Shown one piece after another: positions 22,101 to 37,100 of a stretch of 64,000 nt of DNA. Where the stretch lies: assembly GCA_977016875.1 (NCBI GenBank), contig CDRNST010000165.1, forward strand, positions 310,001-374,000. Direction: 5' to 3'. The stretch's first letter is position 1; the number at the start of each line of letters is the position of its first letter. The position numbers and the translations under genes were made by a program. This stretch comes from Pavona decussata (lineage: Eukaryota). The notes beneath the pieces were generated by a model. It did not search any database. It was not told the DNA's origin and saw only the letters and a list, made by a program, of their open reading frames with translations.

Positions 22101-25100
22101 CACTTAATACAGTCTTCACTTAATACAGGTTTGACTGTATTTGAAAAGGAAAACTAAATGAATTCTGGTAGTTGTAGTCAAACACAGCCATCATGACAAT
22201 AGCCTATTAAAATTCACAGTGACTGTCACAGTGACTGTCACTGTTAAGAAGGGATATTCAGTTTGGTTTTAAATGTCAGAGTTTATGTGGTACTGTAAAG
22301 CATAGTAAGGATTGAGCCATACCATATCTTTGTTGTCTTCTAACTGTGCGAGTTGTTGCTTCAGTTTATTCAATTCTTGCTCATATCTTTCAGATGGGAC
22401 GTAAAGATCAAACATGGACAATGCCCAAAATGTAACATACAACTGAGGGCTGTAATAAGAAAAAAAGACTGTTGTCATGATTACTATTATTGTAACCTTC
22501 AACTGACATTTTCACACATACTTGCACATCATAAAATTATACTTTCATTGGCAGAAAAAAACTGCCAAACTACCCAAGGCTACATATAACTACATGTAAC
22601 TACACAAAACATGTACAAGAAACAGATTAAATCGCCATGGCTTAGCGACAGTGATCATCATCTCAGGCTTGGCCGTAGATTTAGAAATGGTAAATGGAGT
22701 GAAAGTGTAAAATAATTTAGTTTTCAACAACAGGTCTTTATAATATAATGAAAGTAATAACATTACATTAAATAAAGAAGACAAAAAAAAAAAGGAAAAC
22801 AGTAAAGGAACAGCTATAAAAAAAAGTTACAGAACAAAACAAAGAACTAAAAAGGTTCAAAAGGTTAGAGAAAGAAAAAAAAAGGAAAAACTTTACCTGA
22901 TGCTGTTCCAAACTTTGGGCGCTTGTAAGAGCCGAGCACTTTGAAATACAGGTTCCATAACGAAATTCGTTGCATCAATGTAACACTGGAAAATTTGCTA
23001 ATAACACACAAAAAAAACTAGAGTAAGAAAAGAGTAAACATTTGTGGCAACTAGGAATTGCCATCTGAAACTTTTGATCCCCCAACACTTTCCTTTCAGT
23101 TTTTTTGTGTAAGCTTTTTCTGTTTATATCTTGTTATATTATTCTTGTGGTCAAATAAAATTGGTTTGACACATGACAGTAACTGTCACTGATAAGCGTC
23201 AAAGAATTCATTGGTTCACAAAAAACTCATACAGCTGTAGTAATCTTATTCATCCTCATTATCAAGTGTCATAAATGAGTTTAGCTGTCGGTTGTACTAG
23301 ACATACATGTATAATAAACTAATATTAAGTTCGTGATAATTTTTAACTCACTTTTTGCTGAAGTTGCTTTCCTTTCGGAGTCTCAATGGCTTTCTTTAAC
23401 TCATCAAACTTAATCTGGCAGAAAAGAAAAGTCATTTAAAAGGCATGTCCACATTACTTTTCTTTATAGTGGTAATGCATCAGTCAATTCCAGCGGTGCC
23501 CATCCCCCCCCCGGGCAACCCCGGGGCATTTGCTCACGTTGTCAGTCCCGGCGGCGGGGCATTCGTAATTTTATCGCGGTCCAGGGGCTGGGCATTTGCC
23601 TACCCCGGGGCGACCCCCGGGCATTTGACACACGTGTTTTCGAAAGTGCTATGGAGGAATTCATCGGCAAAAGACGAGGCGTTTGTTGAGGATTGGCTAG
23701 TAGTTCATCAGGGACTACACAAACTTGTGGATGTTTTTTTAAAAGGTATGTTTTCTCAATTTTAGATATTTCTTCATTAGTTGTAAGCATATAGATATAA
23801 AAAGCAACAACTTGAACTATACTTTGTTTATCACATATCGAGAAGTCGGAAACAATCAATGTGAACACGACTACAGCTGTATTTCCCATTTCGCATTCAA
23901 AACTAACCTAGCATTTTTAAATTCACGAAAGTCAACCTGGAGTGCACTTTAAAATACTTTAGGCTTGCGAATTCATATGATGCGATCTTCAAGACAGATC
24001 AATGCATCGTAAATAGAAAACGAAGCCTGCAAATACAGGCGCCTATCATCGCTCGCAGCAGGAGGGAAGTCCGCCGCAGTCCCAGCACAGTTTAAGCTCC
24101 CTACCTTTTTAGCAAAATATAAAAAGATAAATATAATCATAATCAACTAACACGTCCTGTTGTCCTTGAAGTCCTACCGTTGCATTAAAATGCTGAAAAG
24201 TGGAAAGTTTTATTCACTGATAATGATTAATATAAAAATTGAATTGGTGTTGGAAGGCGACGATACCGGGGGCGGGGCATTTGCCCTCTTCCTTCATCCC
24301 CACCCCGGGGCATTTACACAGCTTATGTGTCCCCACCCCGGGGAATTTGCCCATTTTTTTAAAAAAAATGTTAATGCCCGGGGGTTAGCCCGGGGGGAGG
24401 GGGGGGGATGGGCACTGCTGGAATTGACTGGCGCATAAGCATTCATTACCAAGGCACTGCTCTGACGTAGCATTTCATCTCAGCCAAGAGACTCTTCAGA
24501 GACCTTTAGAATTTCGAAATGCCATGTCAGACTAGCCACAAACATTTCACAAGCACGTATTGACAAGTTTTCTATTCTGTATTGTATAAATTGATGTTCC
24601 CATGCTAAAGAGAGTGACAGTAAATACAGGGAGCTATTTGCATTTGACTAGAAAGAATGCATTCCTAACTGCATTTGGAGTCAAGATTGTTTGGGACAAT
24701 GAATGGATCTTGGGATGCATATCTGGCATCCCTGGCATATTTTGCAGGGGCGGATGACATCATCACCAACTTGGCAAAGGAGAGAGAGCTGGAGATTGAG
24801 ATCATCACATGCACTCCATAATCTTTGATTATTACTACATGTAGTTCTAAATGTATTCTTACTAAGCTCACCTCTATTTGGTGAACAAACATGGGCCTTG
24901 AAAGAAAAAATGCCACATCAGGAGTAAGGTGATATGATTGCCCTAGAACATCCAGTGATGGCAGATGGGATTCATACTCTTCAGAAGTTAACTGAGTGGC
25001 AAGGAAGCCTCCAAACTGCACCAGTGTATCTTGACACTGAAGGAAGAAAAACACACATATTTAGTGGCTAGAAAACCTCCATTACTGTGGCCTTTACCTT

Positions 25101-28100
25101 TGTTGCCACACCCTTGAGTTATATGATGTACATGTGGTTCTAGCTTTTTAGTTCCTAACATCTTAACATGACAATATTCTAAAGAGTGACAATTTAAATG
25201 CGAGTTAATAAGCAGCACTTTTTTGTGGCAGAGTTTATTATGCTGTACAAAATTTATCAGGTTGTTCTAACTTTTGAATAAGTGGATGAAATCCTGAAGT
25301 GTGGCCATCCAAATAAAACACACTGCGCTGTACTATTGCTGTACAAGGTGGCTCTAAATTTCGATGCTGTGTCTGTGGATGAAATTCAATTTTATGACAA
25401 TCCAAATTAAACTTTTTAAGGTGAGGTTTCTTTATCTGTCAGTGCATAAAGAATAAAATTTTGAGTTTAATTTTAGGCCCCCAAGAGAGAGGCAGGCTAT
25501 ACTTCCATTCAATTACTACTTTTGAGCAGTGCATTCCTGGGAATTTAAATTTCTCAAGGGTAAAGAAAAATAATTGAGCTACATGTAGATTTGTGTCTTC
25601 AAAGAAAATGATTGAAGAACCTTTTAGCCATATAAAGTAACACTCTGAGCTTCACCTGATCATACAACTTTCCAACAAGCTTTAAATGCCTCTCGGCATC
25701 TTCAAAAAACACTATGCCATTCCTCTGTTGAGCCATCAACAGGCAGAGTGGCAGGTCTAACTTTCCTTCTAACAGTGTGTCACGCAGCCTCTGAGAAGAC
25801 TTCTTTGTGTTTCTGATCTGACCAAAGTAGCCACCCTGTAAGGAATGCAACAAAAAAATTCAATTAACAATGCTTTGATGGAGTGACTGGTTTAAAACAA
25901 GATTCCTTCAATTTTTACCTCAGCTCTGAGTAATTCTCCTCCTGATAAAGCTTCAAGCTGTGCAGCAGTCACTTCTTCTGATATCTCAATTCCTGACATT
26001 TTTTGCACCACTTCCTTGAGTACAAGCAAATCAAAACTCTTCCCAGCTTTGAGCTGATTGGCAACATACTGCAGGAGACCTGTCAGCTCAATAGAGTACT
26101 TGCGGAATACAGTGCCACAGAATACTGCTAAACCTAGAAAACACAGCGAGTAAGTATTTATACCAAATTGGCAAATTGACTCTCAAACATGCAACCCTTG
26201 GATTTCAGAACTATGAATTGTTGGTTTTTACAGGGAAGGAAAATTTGAAGCTCCCAGAGAGAAACATACAGTGCAAAGGCAAAAATGAAAAACAACTTTG
26301 ACCCACATATCACATCAAGTAGAGCCACACTGGTGGAGGGTGGGTGCTTTTATCACTACTCCATCCCAGACGAACCCTGCTTCAAGTGAACTAGGAACTT
26401 CTGCCAAGCAAGGAACAAATAATTCCTGGACTGTGTAAAAATGCTGCCAAGACATTCCTCATCAGTTGAGATTGTTATCACAATTGTCAAAGATTTTGAT
26501 TAAACATCATTTGAGGAATGAACACTGCATCTGTATACATTAAAGGGATCATATGATTCCAAGTTTAATGCTTAAGTAAATCGTAAATAAAAACAGAGAA
26601 GCTAAACTGCAACACTGACATGTCGCATGTCCATACAAATTTGCGCGCTATAAAAAAACATATTGTGCCATTTTAAATAAAAAGAACATTACATACTTTT
26701 TAGCCATTCTGAGATGTTAGTATCCTCATGCTTTAGTCTTTCCCTCTCTGGATTTGCCAAAGCTTCTATAATGCAATCTGTTTAAAAATTAAGGAAATGA
26801 CCAAAAGCAGTGTTTTTACAATACAAGTGTTTTGTTTCCTGATCCTGCCATATTTAGAAGTTTTGAAAACAAATTAGTTTTCAGGATCCAATAAAATCTA
26901 AAGTATTCTAAGCTTTCGATTCCTATGCGGAATGTTTTTCAAGAAAGTGAAAATGGTAATTTATGTCCCGTGAATTGAGGTGGTGCGAGTAACGTGACAA
27001 AATGTCCAAAAATACGGCTGTCTTGATTGAGGGTAAGGCCGTGGCACAGTATCTCAATGGCCTTTCTGATCTTCCTTCTTAGGATGTTTTGATGCTTTCC
27101 TGTATCTTCTTGTTATAATGAGTGTTTTTATTTATCTGTTATAAAGGATACAAGCTAATACATCATAAGCCAGTGGAGTGAGGTACTTCAGTGAATCCAC
27201 AACAGGCCCAATGAAGTTATCATACTTTTGAATCTGTGACAGCAGCTGCATACAAACAGTAACACAAGATTAGTATCCAGAGTCTCCTTACTGCTTTTAA
27301 AATTAAGTAAATACCAGTATAATAATTTATTGATTGATCAGCTAACAGTGATTGATTCACTATTTTAGGTCACATAATAATTTTCAAGAAAAAACTTGAG
27401 TTTACGGCTGAAAATGCTTTTGAAGAAGGTAAGAAAATAATCTTTAAATCCCCTGGATAAACATCAAAAGCCTTTGAACAACTAGAGCCTTTGAGAAAAA
27501 TGCACCTCAGAGCAAAAAACCTGTCTTGTATGTGTGTATATATGATGTTGTCTAAGAACGCAACACTGTCACAGAACTGGATAGAACATGTTTGATCTTT
27601 TTAGGCTTGGCTAAAATAGAAATTCATAACTACCTATTAGTTAAGTGGAACATGTACTATAAACATTGGCAAACTACAAACTATAACTCACATATTCAAA
27701 CAAGATGCCTGGGTTACTGTGACTTAGTTTACCAATCTGCCTTCCAGAAGGTTTGACATTCTCTTTTGTTAGACGCCTACAAAATAACAACAACAATAAC
27801 ATAAATATATAGTCAAGTGTACCACGATGTTTAATAATTTTCAAGCTTAAAACTTGGCAAGGAAACTTCACAGCCCATACTTGGTGATGTACTTTGCTCT
27901 CTTGATTGTTGCAGCTTTTGCCAAAACCAGTTTTGGATGGCTGGTGTATGACTCATTTTTCCACTGACCGTAAAGCCGATACCTAGCAAAAAGACACAAA
28001 GTTGCATGTGTTACATGAAGTGTGTTATCATCCAAATACTGACAGAGCAAATTACACCCATGAAAACTTTAATTTGAATTCATAATTCCAATGAGATTTA

Positions 28101-31100
28101 TTATTAATACTGTACTACAACCACTTAATGGGACTCTCATTAAACACGTTGTTGAGTGGGATTTTAAATTTTTGTGGAATTCTAAAAATGTGGACTTTCA
28201 CATAAACAATGGAAGATTAAATCCTGAAATGTCATCAGTAGCAGCCAACTGAATATCATCACCAGCAACTACAGCAAAGCTAGCCAGCTGCTTAGAGTTT
28301 CAAGGTGAGTAAAAGGCAATAGACATGTTGGACTTTCTTTAGTTTAAACGTATGTTCAGCTACTTTTCTTGCAGAGCCAGCCCTGGTGAAAATCAGATGC
28401 AAATTTTTTGAGATCTATTCTTTTTGTGCACAAACTCTTCTTTCTAATACCCCTTAAATTTTGTCAATATACATGTACCTGCAAGTAGACCCGAGTAACT
28501 GATCTGTCATAAAGATTAAGCAATAGGGAGGGCACATACATGCAAGATCATCAGCAGCTTGGCCAGGCAGTAAAGGAGTGGTAAAGGAATGGTCTTGTGT
28601 TATCACAGAGCAACATGTTTATGGATGAACGAATGCAATGACAAATACTCTAGTCACAGCATCAGAGATCCACCTTTGCTTTTGGAAGCTTGCTGCATGA
28701 ATGATTAGCAAATAACCAAATCTCCTCCATGAGAGGAAAATTAGCACACCATCCATGCAATAGAGCTGCACTTCCATCCATTCACTTTTAAACACCGAGT
28801 CATTTCTAAGCACATACACCATGTAAAAACACATGCACACACAATTTTGTCAGGACGCCCAATGGGCTAATGTTATATTCAGCTGTAGTAACCTGAACCA
28901 GTACACTGACAGTACAGTGTACACGTACTGTAAGCACTCTCATGGCCAGCTGTTTTGCACCATGCACCTTCAAAGTTAGCACAGCATAATCTTTGTTTTC
29001 TGAAAATATAACCCCGTGATAAGCTTAAGCTCTCTTTACATGTGGATGGTGAAGTTCACTAGAAGCCAGCTCTTACTGCTGTAGCTACCTACAGGTACCT
29101 GATGTCACACAGTTAACATGGCAGAATTGAAATACAACAGAATACTATCTAGACGGGAGTATTATTCTTACAAGTTATGATAAATTATTACACACCTGAG
29201 CTCGTAAGGAAAGCGACACAACATGGCCCAGAGTTCTTCTGCCAAACTAGAGTTACACTCCAGTAATGAAATTGAAGGCAATAGAACTTCATCCACCAGC
29301 GTTAATAAGCCACTCCAGACTTTCTCAACCTAAAAATGAAAAAAGAAATGGTGTTACAGGACAAAAGAATAGACAATCATCATGCAAAATTACTGCATTG
29401 TCATTTTGACCAAGTGTTGTCAATGAAAGAATAAAGCACAAAATGAACCAATTAATAAGCTGCATGCGTAAGACATGTGAATATTAAAAACAACTCAAGA
29501 TGGGGGACTGGATCTATCATCTATTTACGGTGCGCTGAAAATTAATGGTCACAAGGTTTAGGATCATGTTACCAATACGACTGTTATTCTAAGATACATG
29601 TATTAGAAATTCCTTCAATCTACTTGATTTTATATACAGAATGCTGTGGTTTCTTACATTCTCAAGGAGACAAACAGACAGATTTTGGTTCTCAATGGAA
29701 AAGACGTTCAACAAGATACAAACCTGTAAGGCACTCTGATCCTTATCTTCAAACACATTTGGATGCTAAGAAAGGAGAGTAGACAAGAAATTTGTTTAAC
29801 AACAACATCTCTCACAACAAATTTTTGCAGACTAAGCAATCTTGCTGTCAGTTAATTCCTCATCAGTTGAACCTTTTATCATGTAGCTTATCAAAGATTT
29901 TGATTGAACATCATTTGAGGAACTGAACTGCCCACAGCTGAAATCCAACCGGTAATTAAAGTGCAAAGACAAGTGAGATTGATAGAAATTACTAGGGATA
30001 CTGAAAAACTTAAACTGTGAAGCTCAACAAAAAAAAAAACATTTGTAATGGATAATAGAGTGTCAGTTTTCTTAATAATAGAGACAAAGTAAAGCCTCAC
30101 TACTTTGATTGTGCTCAAGAAAGTTTAAGTCTTCAAGTGATTAGGACTGACTGACTGACTGACTGACTGACTGACTGACTGACTGACTGTGACCAACCAA
30201 CCGACCACCAACAGAATAATAGAACGATACAAGGAAAGATGAATGGACAAAGTGATTGTGTGAGTGTACTATAGGGTGCAGCATATACTCAGTTATTAAG
30301 GGAAGGGTAACTTACATCTTTCATGAAGCCTTTACTGATTCTCAGGATTTTAGCCATGAGTATTGGATCAGTGGACAGATGAGGACCAAGATGCAATAAC
30401 ATAGGAAACACACTGTGCGGCAAATCAGTGAACGCTTTACACTGTGGTGGGCCACCTGGTACAGGAACATAGGGACGCCCTCGAGCAGCCTTAGAAGAAT
30501 GTCTAATAAAACACAGCAAAATGCATCATTTAAATATTAATTTAACATTCTCATTAAAACATCTGACTGCATTAACAAAGTCATGCTGCTGCTTTACTAC
30601 AATTCAACCATGTCTGGCAAGAAATTGGGCCAATCAGCAAATGTTCTGAACTTAATGACCAACCACTGCAATAAAGTACAATGTATATGTTGTGGTTCAA
30701 AATCTCTTTGGTTTAAAAATTTTCAAACCAGTTTGATATTTATTTCCCATTGTCTCAGATTATGGTAATGAATATTGCACAAAAGAAAATAAATTAAAAA
30801 TTTAGCTGGTTTGAAAAATTTTAAACCACAACAAATTATAAATCATATTAAACCATTAAGTCCCAAAAGCGACCAGCATTTATTAAGTTCCCCTCACTAT
30901 ATCACTATCTCATCAAAAAAATAGGTAATGAGAATAAAGGAAATGTCTTGATGGTTAAACAAATTCTCCTAACTAGTGCCATAAGAAATATATAAGAACT
31001 GTGAGGAGAAAACACATGTTAATATTAGGGCCTAAAGGGTTAACAACAGAAACAGCATTAATCCTTTTTGTTCAGACTATGAACCTACCTACGATACAGT

Positions 31101-34100
31101 GGTTCAATTGTTGTATGAACAAGTTTACATAACCCTTTGGATATTGCAGGATGCGACACAGCAGCAAACTGTGGTAATCTCTCAAGAATTGATCTGGCAT
31201 GGTCCCATGCGCCAACCATAAGCAAGGCTTCACATATGCCAAATTTCTGATTATCTGGAACCTGAAAATACAAGAATAAAATTAAATGCATGATTTATAC
31301 CATAATTATGTACATGTAGTCAAATGTAAAGAACTTCCTCTTCTTCTGTTTTAAGAGTGCACAGTTCTTCCAGACTGTCAACAATAATTATGAACTGTCA
31401 ATCTAGAAATGTACACGCAGATAATGCAACTTGGTCATTTTTTTATCAAAGAATGGCACAGTGTGCACTCGGCAATGTACAATGTACTTTTCAATAACTG
31501 TGTTTTGGAGGGCAGCTACACCAGTCAATTTCATTATCCATATCGCAATTTCCTAAAATGTACCTTAACTTGTGAGGAAATCTCTACTTTCAGGCCACAG
31601 GCTATTCCCTTTGCCTTCGAAAATGTACAGCATTGCACTTAAACAACAAAATTATTATCAGGAGCAGAGCAGATTCCTTTAATGTACACATGTCCATGTA
31701 CTCATTGCAATTCATAACAAAAACCCCTTGTTCTTGATATTCTCACAAATGTTATTTAAAATGTCAAGAACAACAACAACAATCTTTATTCGTGCCCAGA
31801 AATTATATAGTGTCAACATAAATGCAAGAAAGAAAAATTACTAAGGAAGAGAGCACAGCCACTTAGAAATAGCAAGCTAATTGAGCTAAGTGGCTGGGCC
31901 AAGTGGAAAATTTTTGCAAATACCCTACATTAACATACTGTAGAACCTAGGACACGATTTACCATTCACACATACACGCACACACAAAAATAACAATAAA
32001 CAAAGGGAAGTGCACATGCAAAAACTGGAAAATAAAGTACATCAATGAGCCAGTCAGTCAACACTTACAATTGTTGGTTTTTCGCTTTCCTTATTATTTT
32101 CCTTGTTGTTTTCTTCATTGTTTGCAGCAGCAATTTCCTGGGATGAAAATTAATGCAATCAACGTTACATACTGTGGCCTAATGATTAGAATACTAAGCC
32201 TGAGATCCACAGGTCAAAGGGACAAAAACCTGGGCCCAGTTATTCAAAGCCCGATTAAGCTAATCCTGGGTTAACATGAACTTTGATTCGAGTATACATG
32301 TATTTACTAATCTGTAAGGATTCGTCCAAAAGATTTTTGTACCTTAGTTTCGCCTTAGACTTTTCTTTACCATAAGTTTAAAATGAGCCTTTAAAATCAT
32401 TTTAAACGAGCGAGATGAACCTTGGTTAACTTTTAATCGTGAATTAGCGTTAATCGGCTTTCAAACAACCCGGCCCTGGTGGTTAGTGGTCCACTTGTAA
32501 AAATTATGATTGAAGTAAAGTCTGTGTTCCATCATGATGTTGAAAAATACATAGAGCATGGTAATATCTAAACTTCAGTCACATTTTGGGTGGTATGCAA
32601 ATTACACCTGTGCCAGATGTTGGAGACATGAAGCACCTGAGAACATTACATGTACTTCTCTCCCAGAGATAGAGTTCCACACCTGGGTGGGGAGAGGTAA
32701 TGTAGTAGAGCTCCATGTGTATGGAAACAACAGCAGCCAGAGACCTGGCTTGAGTCTATATCAATGGTTCAGCCAAAGTGCAATGTGCCAACTGCTAGAA
32801 CAACAAGCTCTCAACTCCACTGTTCTAAGACAGCTGTATAAATGGCACCAAAAAACTGTTACATGTAGCTGCTAGCAGGGAGGCCTTAGTAAAAGAAATG
32901 CTGGGAACTGGTAGGGATGTTTGATTCTTAACACTTGGTATGGCTGAGTTAGCTTGACAGCAGCTTTATTTTATAGCTGTTTTAATTTAATCACAAAAGA
33001 AGACCTCTCTTAATAGCAACAAGAACATATGTACTCCATTATTAATGGCAAAGCATCCCACAGGGCTGGTGATGCTCTTAATGACCTAAGCAAGAGTGTG
33101 TGGTCACACATTAAGCTTGGCTTTTTATGTGCAATAATGACCAAGTTAACATTGCTATGAAATGCAGTGATCATCAACTTACAGCCAGCACTGCCATGTT
33201 CATTTTTCTTGCCTCCTGCTTGGCTTCATCCATTCTTGTTGTGTGACTAGCAACTATGTCAGCATCTGAAGGACTCAGCTTTAAAATAAAAACAATAATC
33301 TCCTACACGTCAACACAAGTAAACAATGAAAACAAGTGAAATAGAATAAGACTTGTTAGACACTGGCTCTGCCAAACATCAATAGCTGCCAATGGACCAA
33401 GATTCACTGTAATTTTAAAGCTGTACATTCCAAAAAAAAAAAAAGATGGCCGCACTGATGAATTGGCCCACATTCTGCCAAAAGATGACAGAATTTTGGA
33501 ATTATTTCTATGAAACCTATGGTGAGCCCTGGACAAACTGTGTTTCAGAACACATCAAGGCAGAAAATTATCGAATGAAAATCATCATAAACATCAATTA
33601 CTTCAAATGACACAAAAAAAAACAAAAAGATGGCCACACTGATGAATTGGTCTGCAACTACACCCTTTTTAAATAGTGCTACCCACATTCTGCCAAAAGA
33701 TGACATAATTTTGGAATTATTTCTATGAAACCCACGGTGAGCCCTGGACAAACTGTGTTTCAAAACACATCAAAAATATACAGTCATAAAAAAATATATA
33801 TTTTATAAACTATGATCCATGTACTCACATGAAGATAAAGATCATCCAAGTCTAGAAGTCCGTGCTTTATTAAAAGTGCTGCCAGATGAAACAGTGAGGG
33901 AGGGGTGGGTAAGTCTGGCTGATCCTACGAAAGTTAAGAGACAACAAGGAACATTTCAAAGCCTGCATGACAAACTACAAAATGGAACTTTTACAGTACC
34001 ATATTTTCCAGTGGATAAGTCGACCTTTTAAGTCTTGAAAATCAGTTAAAAAAATTGAACTCAACTTATACACCGGCCAAAAATCGCCGGGTGAAAAAGA

Positions 34101-37100
34101 AAACACTTCATCTGCATAACAATAGACTCCAAAGTAGCTACACAAATAGCTTGGAGAAGAACGTTCAATGGTAAGTAGCACGATAATGATTTGCTTTGTC
34201 ATTAACAATGATGTCCATTTTCACCAGACAGTATTCAACAAGATACGGTAAAATCCGATAGGACCCTGCAGAGATCCAAAATGGTAATTATCCTATGGAA
34301 ATCCTACAAGATTTTTCAGGATCGCGTAAAATCTTACTCTAAGAATTCTGTAAAGGAGTCTAAAGGATTTTACACAATCTTGCAAAATCTTATTTAGAAT
34401 CCTATAAAGGTCACTTTCAAGATTTTAGAGGGTTCTGACTACAGAATCCCAAAGGATCAGAAGCTGCTGAAAACAAGAACCTATAAGATCTTTCTTAAAA
34501 CAAATGGGAGTTTTCCAGCTGATCCAAGGTTAGGATCATACAAGATCTGTTAAGCCCTGGCTAAACTATCTAACATTGTTGTACAATATTTGTTAGTTCA
34601 ACAATGTTGAAATGTTTAGCACCCTATCTTTGATGACATGTATTTTTTTGTTAAAAGAATGTTTTGCTTTTGATCAGACATTTCGGCCATCTTCACAAAT
34701 GCCTAATGTCGAAGCGTTTAGCCGGCTTTTCGACATTGTTGAGCTAACAAATGTTGTACAACAATGTTAGATCATTTATCCGGGGCTTTAGGCTTTTATT
34801 AGGATCCTCTGTGAATTTTCTACCTTGGAATCAGGAATACACACACCTTATAAAATTGGAATTTGAATCCCATGATGTGGCAAAGAGCAGTGGATTCACA
34901 CTTCTCCATGTACAACTTCAACAGAGGAAGAAAGAAGTCTTCCAATTCGATGTTACATTCAAACGAGTCCAGGAGTACATCCAAAGTTTTGTTGGGATCA
35001 AGGTTAAACCGACCTGCAGATAGAAAACACGTTCTTCTGATGTTAGTTGCAAGAAATTGCTATTACAAGGAAAAGTTGGATGTTGATCATCTGTGAATGG
35101 AAGGTTTCAATTAAAACATCTGAGCTAAATTTGCTTTGTCAACATTTGAGGGATCAGGGCAAGACAAGCATATTGAGTGTTTCTTGCATTGGAATCCAAA
35201 TTGCTTCAAATTATCTCTCCTACTCTCTAACTCACATTGCTCTAACTGAAGATTCTCATCAGCTGTCTCAGTATACAGCCTCAACATCATGTGAGAATGT
35301 TATTTGTATACTTTTTTCTTTTGGACTTGAAGGCTGAAGCTACATAATTTTCATGTACTTGCGTGAGGTCAACTACTCAAGTTAAAGGAACAGTAATAAT
35401 TTTTATTGGATTCTTCTACACTGTAATTCAAACCTTGTCTTGAGGTCAACTTAATATGGATCTATGTTTCTTACACAATATGAAGTCTGTATGTCAAAAC
35501 ATAGCAGATCAAGCAATTCAGATTTTAAGGCCAAAATTGCACCTGTCTCATTAACAAAACTTTTCATCTGTTTCTTTAAACCTAATGTTTACCAGTATTG
35601 TTCATTACAAAGACATAGTCACTTAATGTTGTTTGTCACCACCTCTTAATAAAAACCTACAATCAAGCAATTCTTACCAATCAAAGACTTGATATTCTCC
35701 AGTACTCTCGCACTTGTAACATGTCTGCTGATTTCCTGACCCAGCTCTGTCACCAGCTTCGCATATCCTTCACTTTCCTCTCTCAAAAGATTAAATTTCT
35801 GCTGCTTGTAGCTAAAACAATCAAACTTTAAAAGTAAGCTGAGTTTTGAAGCACTAGAAGAAATGTTTCCACTGGCTTTAAACTATGGAAAAGAAAACAT
35901 ATACATGTACTTGTATCCCACACATTCAAAACTGCCAACCCAGCAGAGACTGTCTTTGACCAGTTTCAATCTCTCTATGAAAAATTATTTCAGTCTCTCA
36001 TTAAAATAAACAATGACAGCTTTTATATTCAAAGACTGTCTGACAATAATAAGGCAGAAAACTATAGAATGGAAATGCTCATAAACATCAATTACTTCAA
36101 ATGACAGCACCACATACATGTAGCTTAAAGGACACCCTCAGTTATTTCAAAGAAATATATTTAGTTTACCAGACCTTTCCTCTCTTTCACAAATAAAAGA
36201 AAACTTAACAACAACTTTGCTGCATTCTTTAGCTATTGAATACTCCTAATAATCCAATCCAAAGTAACATAAATTGAAGCTAGGAAAAGAAAACATACAA
36301 CACACAGATAACTGTACATAATTACAGATACATCTACACATGTATTACCCTGCGAGCAGAGGCCTTTCGATCTTCCAAGATAAGTTGGGACTCTTCCTGA
36401 CTTATCTAGGAAGATCCAAGGGCCTCTGCTCGCAGGGTACACATGTATAGGCAGAAATTATCCTATAATCAAGTTACAACCAAAGTATGGTAAATTAGAT
36501 ATATGTCTAGCCAAGAACTGTATACACACAATAGCTTGGTCTTGGTCCTAACATATTTCTGATTGAATGCCTTCTGTGATGGAATGATTCCCAATGTGTC
36601 CAACGTCTCCACATCCAGGCGTTCCTTGAGCAGAGCTTCTGGGACAACTCCCTGAAAACCAAGTGCAAAAAAAGATCTTTACAGTCAAAGATTGTGGCTC
36701 AATGTATCATTTTACATCAGTCTATTTTTTACAAATTAAAAGTACCAATCGAAGCACTGATGCACTCCAACAAAATAAACAAACTGCCATTTTAGATGTA
36801 ATTTTGTTCAGGAATAAAAACATTTCACATTGTATAGTTCCAGAGAATATCCATCCCCCCCGCCCCCTCTCTTCCCCATCTCCATGGAAGGGACTTCTTT
36901 CTAAGACAACTGATCCCATACCTGCCTGCAAATTCTAATTAAGCTTCGTACGTTTCTTTACATATTTGGCCTCTGAGGCCCCCTTCCCCACCCCCTGACA
37001 TTTCCAATTCCTTCTGAGGGAGATATGGATATTTTCTGGTTTTGTGCACAATGAAATATCAGATTGACAAGAATGATGTATTATTCAGTAATGACACAGG

